NCBI GenBank assembly: GCA_963675785.1
Contig: OY776562.1
Location: forward strand, 3,040,001 to 3,104,000
DNA from: Anaerolineae bacterium
GTDB taxonomy: Bacteria > Chloroflexota > Anaerolineae > UBA1429
Direction: 5' to 3'
DNA: 64,000 nt
Shown here: positions 58,053 through 64,000 of the stretch, piece after piece
Position numbering within the stretch: position 1 is the stretch's first letter
Layout: each line of letters starts with the position of its first letter
Notes under the pieces: model-generated
Seen by the model: the letters and a program-made list of their open reading frames with translations, nothing else
The model's database searches: none
What the model was told of the DNA's origin: nothing
Made by a program: the position numbers and the translations under genes

Positions 58053-58352
58053 CTAATCATCCTGGTTATCAAAAATCGCCTTGACGCGCACATAATCCCC
58101 ATTGCGGTCAGGGGCATTAGCCAGGGCTTGATCCACGGAAAGGGATTCAGTAACCGTATCGGAGCGAGTGACATTGGATACTTTTATAACCTGAGCCGTT
58201 GGGGCAATGGCTGATGTATCGAGTTTGTTCAACCTCTCGGCGTACTCTAGAATGTCCGAAAGTTGCTCGGCAAATATCTCTGTCTCTTGTTCGTTAATAC
58301 CCAGTTTGGCCAGTTCAGCAATGTGAAGCACTTGCTCTCGACTCAGTTTCAC
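58053..58352 (-). CDS. gatC: Asp/Glu-tRNA amidotransferase subunit C
   Basis: (M)KLSREQVLHIAELAKL...QLSDILEY...ALANAP...VKAIF; GGAGG before GTG 58352. Confidence 0.95.
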   Translation of the reverse strand: MKLSREQVLHIAELAKLGINEQETEIFAEQLSDILEYAERLNKLDTSAIAPTAQVIKVSNVTRSDTVTESLSVDQALANAPDRNGDYVRVKAIFDNQDD

Positions 58353-58483
58353 AAAGGGCCTCCAATCCAACTTTTTAACGTAGGAATTATAGCATCCGAC
58401 TTGTAGTGAGCCAAGTATTCTTGGTTGCTGGGTGGTGGTCAGCGTGTATAATGTTTCGAGCGTTCTGATTGGGAGAATTGAAC

Positions 58484-59662
58484 ATGTCAAATAAACGTAC
58501 ATTGATAGGCTTGGCCATTGGTCATGGCGCTCATGACACTTGGTACGGCGTAGCACCCATTTTACTGGCGAGTCTTAGCGGCGAAATGGCTCTTTCCAAT
58601 GCTGCCATTGCCCAAATACTGTTACTCTATCAACTGCTTTCTTCCTTTACTCAGCCTTTCTTTGGGCGTTTGAGCGAAAAAATTGGCGGCCGCCCCCTGG
58701 CTGTCATCTCTATCATTTGGACGACTTGCATGTTTAGTATCGCCCTATTTGTAAATACCACTTGGGCACTGAGTCTCTGTATCTTTTTGGCTGGATTGGG
58801 TAGTGGAGCATTTCACCCGCAGGCTGCGGCCAACGCCACGGCGGCTGGGGGCCAACGCTACGGCGCTACGGCCATGTCACTTTTCTTCTTGGGAGGTACG
58901 GGCGGCTCGGCATTATTGGGTGCTGCCCTCGGTGGTTACCTCATTGAGAATTTTGGCCGCACCTCACTTCTGGTGATTTCTGCAACAACTATCTTGATTG
59001 CCCTCACGGTTGTGCGCTCGTCGACACCTCGCACTATGCCGGTATTGGCGGATGCCACCAAAGAGAACAAAATAGCATCTAAGGGCAAAGTTTTATGGAT
59101 TCCTGTAGCCCTACTGTTGTTGGTGATGGCCGTGCGCGGCTTGTCTCAAAACGCCATTACTACCTTTGTGCCCAAGTTCCAGGAGGATATGGGTGTTGCC
59201 GCTAGCGTCTATGGCTTGCTGATGTCCATGTACATGATTGCTAATGCATTGGGCGGCGTCCTAGGATCTTTCCTGGCGGATCGTCTCGATTTTCGGACCA
59301 TCCTAACGGGAGCCATTATAGGCAGCGGCCTGTTATTGTGGGGGTCTAATGTAACTACGGGCTTTGCCAGCCAGGCGTTGTTCGTCCTCTCAGGCTTTAT
59401 CATGGGGCCAGCGCATACGCTGTTGATTCGCACGGGTCAGCGCCGATTCCCCAGCAGCCTGGCTACTGCCTCCGGGTTTTTCATGGGCTTTACTTTTGTT
59501 ACCAGTGCGGGTGGAGCCTGGCTACTGGGCTTGTTGGCCGATCAGCGTTCGCTAAGTTTGGTCATGCAGATGTTGCCCTGGCTGATGCTCATCTCGGGCG
59601 TACTAGTCATTCCTGCCATCTGGGATATCAAGCCGAAATCTGCTCAAGCTGTTACCGAATGA
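58484..59662 (+). CDS. MFS transporter (Fsr-like)
   Basis: About 12 TM; QPFFGRLSEKIG, GLGSGAFHP, GSFLADRL. Confidence 0.88.
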   Translation: MSNKRTLIGLAIGHGAHDTWYGVAPILLASLSGEMALSNAAIAQILLLYQLLSSFTQPFFGRLSEKIGGRPLAVISIIWTTCMFSIALFVNTTWALSLCIFLAGLGSGAFHPQAAANATAAGGQRYGATAMSLFFLGGTGGSALLGAALGGYLIENFGRTSLLVISATTILIALTVVRSSTPRTMPVLADATKENKIASKGKVLWIPVALLLLVMAVRGLSQNAITTFVPKFQEDMGVAASVYGLLMSMYMIANALGGVLGSFLADRLDFRTILTGAIIGSGLLLWGSNVTTGFASQALFVLSGFIMGPAHTLLIRTGQRRFPSSLATASGFFMGFTFVTSAGGAWLLGLLADQRSLSLVMQMLPWLMLISGVLVIPAIWDIKPKSAQAVTE

Positions 59663-59684
59663 GCGCATAATCGGGAGTGAAGAC

Positions 59685-60401
59685 ATGTTTATCAACCTGA
59701 CCGAACGCGTTGGCTATCTGACGCACAGCGAGGATACGGATCGTCCGACTCTTGGATACGTGCGAGGAGATCGGCACGTGCTTATGATTGATGCGGGCAA
59801 TTCTGCCGCTCATGTGCAGCTGTTCAACTCTGAATTGCAGAGCCGAGGATTGCCGCTTCCCGATATGGTAGCCTTGACTCACTGGCACTGGGACCACACG
59901 TTCGGCCTCGCTTTTGTTGATGCGGTTTCCTTCTCTTCACGCCTTACCAATGAGCAGCTTTCTAGCATGTTGAGCTGGACTTGGGATGACCCGTCCATGG
60001 ACGCACGTGTAGTCAGCGGCTGGGATTCAGCCTTCTGCAACGAAATGATTCGTGCCGAGTATCCGAATAGGGACGAGATCGTGATATCGACTGCCGACGT
60101 GGTGTTTGATGATCGTCTCACTCTCGATCTCGGCGGTGTTACTTGTGAGATGGCTCGCAAGCGCTGCCCGCACTCTGAGGACTCTGTATTGGTGCACGTC
60201 TGCAAAGAGGACGTGCTGTTTCTCGGCGATGCTCTCTGTGGCGATGGGCATGGTTGGATCAAGGATGGCCCGCAGAGAGAGCGTGAGCTTTTGGATGCGC
60301 TCAAGGCTCTCGAGTTCTCTCTGGCTGTCGTTGGCCATGCTGAGCATGCAACTAAAGCGGAACTGATTGCTGAGCTGGAGGAAGAGCTGGGTGAGCTTTG
60401 A
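59685..60401 (+). CDS. Metallo-beta-lactamase-fold hydrolase
   Basis: IDAGNS, THWHWDHTFG, HSEDS, FLGD, GH. Confidence 0.9.
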   Translation: MFINLTERVGYLTHSEDTDRPTLGYVRGDRHVLMIDAGNSAAHVQLFNSELQSRGLPLPDMVALTHWHWDHTFGLAFVDAVSFSSRLTNEQLSSMLSWTWDDPSMDARVVSGWDSAFCNEMIRAEYPNRDEIVISTADVVFDDRLTLDLGGVTCEMARKRCPHSEDSVLVHVCKEDVLFLGDALCGDGHGWIKDGPQRERELLDALKALEFSLAVVGHAEHATKAELIAELEEELGEL

Positions 60402-60783
60402 CGAGCTGTTCCGGATCGCGGTTTCGACGCTGCATCCGCGCATTCTGTCTGATTCCGCAGACGCAGGTGGTGTAGCAGCCGCCCTCGAAACGGATTCTGG
60501 GCGGGTCTACACTGGCGTCTGCATCGATACGGCGTGTTCGCTAGGTTTCTGTGCCGAACATGCGGCGATCGCTGCTATGGTGACTGCTGGCGAGAACCGC
60601 ATCATCAAGATCGTTGCAGTGGGTAGTAACGGTGAGGTTATGCCGCCCTGTGGCCGCTGTCGTGAATTCATTGCCCAGGTGCACAAAGACAACATGAGTA
60701 CGCAGGTGATGGTTGCCCAAGGCGTAGTGGTTACCTTGCGTGAACTTTTACCCTTTTACTGGCGCGACACAGAGTTTTGCTAA
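60391..60783 (+). CDS. Cytidine deaminase family protein (tetrameric type)
   Basis: FCAEHAAI, PPCGRCRE zinc motifs; GTG start overlapping the upstream gene. Confidence 0.88.
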   Translation: MSFDELFRIAVSTLHPRILSDSADAGGVAAALETDSGRVYTGVCIDTACSLGFCAEHAAIAAMVTAGENRIIKIVAVGSNGEVMPPCGRCREFIAQVHKDNMSTQVMVAQGVVVTLRELLPFYWRDTEFC

Positions 60784-60794
60784 TAACTCTAAAC

Positions 60795-60828
60795 AAAAGG
60801 CTCGCCACATATGTGGCGAGCCTTTTTT
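60795..60828. terminator. Bidirectional intrinsic terminator
   Basis: Perfect palindrome AAAAGGCTCGCCACATATGTGGCGAGCCTTTT. Confidence 0.88.
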
Positions 60829-60840
60829 CTTGTCAGGTTC

Positions 60841-61860
60841 CTAGAGGTTGGCGATGATGGCATTAGCCATCTCAAAAGTGCCGACAGCAGTGGGATCATC
60901 GCGGTTAGATTTGAGGTCATAGGTGACGCTTTCGCCCTTGGCAATGACGGTTTCCACGGCACGTTCAATACGTTCAGCCGCATCCTTTTCCCCCAGCCAG
61001 TTCAGCATCAGTGCACCCGATCGGATGGTGGCTGTGGGGTTAACCTTGTTCATGCCGGTGTACTTGGGGGCTGAGCCGTGAACGGGCTCAAATACGGCAA
61101 TGCCATCGCCGATGTTGGCGCCAGGTGTCACACCCAGCCCGCCGACGAGGCCTGAGCAAAGGTCACTGATGATATCGCCAAACAGGTTGGGCAGCACTAA
61201 CACGTCGTATTCATGAGGCCGCTGCACCAGTTGCATACAAGCGTTATCCACAATACGGTCGTTAAAGGCAATATCGGGATATTCCGCGGCAACCTTTTGG
61301 GCTGTGCCCAGGAACAGGCCGTCGGTGAGTTTGAGAATGTTGGCCTTGTGGATAGCCGTCACTTGCTTGCGGCCGTTGTTACGTGCGTATTCAAAAGCAA
61401 AACGCACGATGCGCTCGCTAGCTTTGCGGGTGATGATGCGGATGGCCTCGGCGGCTTCGCCCGCAATAACCTCGTGCTCAATGCCGACATAGAGCCCTTC
61501 GGTGTTCTCGCGCACAATGACGAGATCAATGTCGTCATAGCGTGAGGCGACGCCGGGAATCGTCTTGGCAGGGCGCAGGTTGGCATAGAGGTCCAGCGCT
61601 TTACGCAAGGCTACGTTGACACTGCGAAAGCCCTTGCCCACTGGCGTGGTGACGGGGCCCTTGATGCCGACGCCGTTTTTGCGCACGGATTCGAGTACGT
61701 GATCGGGCAGGGGCGTGCCGTACTTGTCTATGACGGCCTCACCGGCTTCTTGGACATCCCAATCGATTTTGACTCCGGTGGCGTCGACGACGCGGCGCAT
61801 GGCATCGGATACTTCGGGCCCGATGCCGTCACCGGGGATAAGTGTTACTGTGTAACCCAT
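60841..61860 (-). CDS. Isocitrate dehydrogenase (NAD-type; isocitrate/isopropylmalate dehydrogenase family)
   Basis: [46 protein letters not shown]; next to aconitase. Confidence 0.9.
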   Translation of the reverse strand: MGYTVTLIPGDGIGPEVSDAMRRVVDATGVKIDWDVQEAGEAVIDKYGTPLPDHVLESVRKNGVGIKGPVTTPVGKGFRSVNVALRKALDLYANLRPAKTIPGVASRYDDIDLVIVRENTEGLYVGIEHEVIAGEAAEAIRIITRKASERIVRFAFEYARNNGRKQVTAIHKANILKLTDGLFLGTAQKVAAEYPDIAFNDRIVDNACMQLVQRPHEYDVLVLPNLFGDIISDLCSGLVGGLGVTPGANIGDGIAVFEPVHGSAPKYTGMNKVNPTATIRSGALMLNWLGEKDAAERIERAVETVIAKGESVTYDLKSNRDDPTAVGTFEMANAIIANL

Positions 61861-61879
61861 AGCAATATCTCCTCTTGTT

Positions 61880-63811
61880 CTATTCAGCAGCTTGTTGGCG
61901 GATATAGTTCAACAAACCGCCAGCCAGCATTGCTTCGACTTGACGCTCAGAGAGATCAAAAGTCACCGGAATGCGGATGCCCTTGGTCTCGTCGACCAGC
62001 ACCATATCCTCGCCCGCCATTAAACTCTCGCGGACATTGGTCAAACTCAAGGTGTCGCCCTGGTCAATCGTGTCATAATCGGTGGAATTGGCGAATACCA
62101 ACGGCAGAATCCCTGCGTTCACCAGGTTGGCTTTGTGAATGCGCGCGAAACTTTTGACGATGACGGCCTTGATGCCCAGATAGAGCGGCACCAGCGCAGC
62201 ATGTTCACGGCTAGAGCCCTGGCCATAGTTCTCGCCGCCCACAATGAATCCGCCGCCTGCTTGGCGAGCCCTTTCGGGAAAGGTGGGATCGATGCCTACA
62301 AAGACGAAATCGCTCATGGCCGGAATATTGGAGCGGAAAGGCAGCACCTTGGCACCAGCGGGCATGATGTGATCGGTAGTGATATTGTCGCCCGTCTTGA
62401 GCAACAGTTCGCCGCTGATCTCATCGGCTGGGCTTTCAGCTATCGGCAAGGGCTTGATGTTGGGGCCGCGCACGATCTCAACCTTGCTGCCATCTTTGAG
62501 TGGGGCGATGATCATGTTGTCATCGATCACAAAGGATTCTGGCATGTTGACGACGGGTGCTTTCCCCAGAGTGCGAGGATCGGTAATGTATCCTGTCAAG
62601 GCAGAGGCGGCGCAAACTTCAGCGCTGGCCAGGAAAAGCATGGCATCGGCTGTACCGCTACGTCCCTTGAAATTACGATTGAACGAACGCAGGCTGTTGC
62701 TGCCTGAAGCCGGGGCCAAGCCCATGCCAATGCAAGGGCCGCAACCAGGATCCATTACACGAGCGCCGGCTGCTACGAGATCGGCCAACGCGCCGCTTTG
62801 TGCAATCATGGTGAGGGCCTGCTTGCTGCCCGGGTTAATCGTCAGTGAAACGCTGGGAATAATAGTTTTACCCTTGAGAATAGCAGCGACCGTTTCTAGA
62901 TCAACGACCGAAGAGTTGGTGCAGCTACCAATACAAACCTGGGCGAGTTCAACGTCACCAAGTGTACTGGCTTCTGCCACATTATCGGGGCTGTGCGGGC
63001 AGGCCACCAACGGCACCAGACTGGAGAGGTCCAACTCGACGACTTGATCGTACTTGGCATCAGCATCTGCCGTGAGCTCGACCCAATCTTGTTCACGGCC
63101 TTGCGCCTTGAGGAAGGCTAGGGTGTTCTCATCACTGGGGAACACTGAGGAGGTAGCTCCCAGCTCGGCGCCCATGTTGGTAATAGAAGCGCGTTGAGGC
63201 ACGCTCAGCGTGGCCACGCCCGGTCCGCCGTACTCGACGACAAAGCCTACGCCGCCCTTGACGGAAAGGCGTTTGAGCAACTCCAGAATGACATCTTTAG
63301 CGGCCACCCAGGGGCTCAATTTACCGGTCAAGCGAACTAAAATGACTTTGGGCATGGGCACATAAAAGGGAGCGCCTGCCATAGCGATGGCCACATCCAA
63401 CCCGCCCGAACCTATGGCCAGGGCGCCTACGCCGCCGGCAGTGGGGGTGTGGCTATCAGAGCCGAGTTGGGTTTTGCCCGGTGCGGCAAAGCGCTCTAGA
63501 TGAACTTGATGGCAGATGCCGTTACCAGGGCGGGAAAAATAGATACCATAGCGGGCGGCCACGCTCTGCAAATAGCGATGGTCATCCATATTACGAAAAT
63601 CGGCTTGCAGCATGTTGTGATCGACATAACTTACTGATAGCTCAGTACGCACCTTGTCGAGTTGCATAGCCTCAAATTGCAGATAAGCCATGGTGCCAGT
63701 GGCGTCCTGGGTCAGCGTCTGGTCAATGCGGATGCCGATCTCTTGTCCGGGGATCATCTCTCCTGCGACAAGATGATTCTTGATAATCTTTTGGCAGATG
63801 TTGAGTCCCAT
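61880..63811 (-). CDS. Aconitate hydratase (short, Aquifex-type)
   Basis: [55 protein letters not shown]. Confidence 0.93.
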   Translation of the reverse strand: MGLNICQKIIKNHLVAGEMIPGQEIGIRIDQTLTQDATGTMAYLQFEAMQLDKVRTELSVSYVDHNMLQADFRNMDDHRYLQSVAARYGIYFSRPGNGICHQVHLERFAAPGKTQLGSDSHTPTAGGVGALAIGSGGLDVAIAMAGAPFYVPMPKVILVRLTGKLSPWVAAKDVILELLKRLSVKGGVGFVVEYGGPGVATLSVPQRASITNMGAELGATSSVFPSDENTLAFLKAQGREQDWVELTADADAKYDQVVELDLSSLVPLVACPHSPDNVAEASTLGDVELAQVCIGSCTNSSVVDLETVAAILKGKTIIPSVSLTINPGSKQALTMIAQSGALADLVAAGARVMDPGCGPCIGMGLAPASGSNSLRSFNRNFKGRSGTADAMLFLASAEVCAASALTGYITDPRTLGKAPVVNMPESFVIDDNMIIAPLKDGSKVEIVRGPNIKPLPIAESPADEISGELLLKTGDNITTDHIMPAGAKVLPFRSNIPAMSDFVFVGIDPTFPERARQAGGGFIVGGENYGQGSSREHAALVPLYLGIKAVIVKSFARIHKANLVNAGILPLVFANSTDYDTIDQGDTLSLTNVRESLMAGEDMVLVDETKGIRIPVTFDLSERQVEAMLAGGLLNYIRQQAAE

Positions 63812-64000
63812 TATATTCCCTTTCCCGGTTCAAACTCTAGAGGGCGATCTAGCAGGTCTAGTGCCTGACAACCGTCTTCTTTCAAGCATAACGTCCATAT
63901 TTCGTGCGGACGTACAGGATGTGTCCATCTTTGGTTCATGTGTTCGGAGATGAGCACCAGCTCGGTTTCTAGGCCGGCAGTTTCTACACCACGCACAATA
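63811..64000 (-). CDS. 3' end of an unidentified CDS entering from the right edge
   Basis: Frame is open from the window end to TAA at 63811-63813, which overlaps the aconitase ATG. Confidence 0.45.
   Translation of the reverse strand, partial: IVRGVETAGLETELVLISEHMNQRWTHPVRPHEIWTLCLKEDGCQALDLLDRPLEFEPGKGI

Noticed and set aside
55385-58352. gatCA without adjacent gatB
   Set aside because: A separate gatB locus is common; not evidence of anything unusual.
1-64000. CRISPR array, prophage, IS elements, rRNA
   Set aside because: No regularly spaced direct repeats, transposase, phage or rRNA sequence recognised by eye.

Overview
Core-genome window from an anaerobic bacterium, most likely Chloroflexota/Anaerolineae. 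This is inferred from the many Thr/Pro-linker lipoproteins, the PA14/Ig-like surface proteins and the EF-Tu style. It holds housekeeping genes (rqcH-like NFACT, rsmD, mnmE, xerD-punA, lepB, murJ, topA, murE, ald, gatCA, icd/acn) and the tRNA-Thr/Tyr/Thr-tuf-rpmG-tRNA-Trp-secE-nusG-rplKAJL cluster with L1 and L10 leaders, plus tRNA-Val. A SAM-I riboswitch controls a metB-aspartokinase operon, and there are sugar-related genes (LarA-like + GH20; GH95-like + DUF4867). The most striking element is a ~9.5 kb redox operon (43730-53265) behind a highly structured ~290-nt leader. In order it encodes a tungsten-type aldehyde:ferredoxin oxidoreductase, a 4Fe-4S subunit, a selenocysteine (in-frame UGA + SECIS-like hairpin) HdrA-MvhD fusion, an HdrC-ferredoxin-MvhD fusion, FlxC/B/A-like subunits and an FwdF-like polyferredoxin. 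No HdrB is present. This is a candidate HdrA-based electron-bifurcating aldehyde oxidoreductase complex. No CRISPR array, prophage or transposase was seen. All calls come from reading motifs by eye; no database searches were run.
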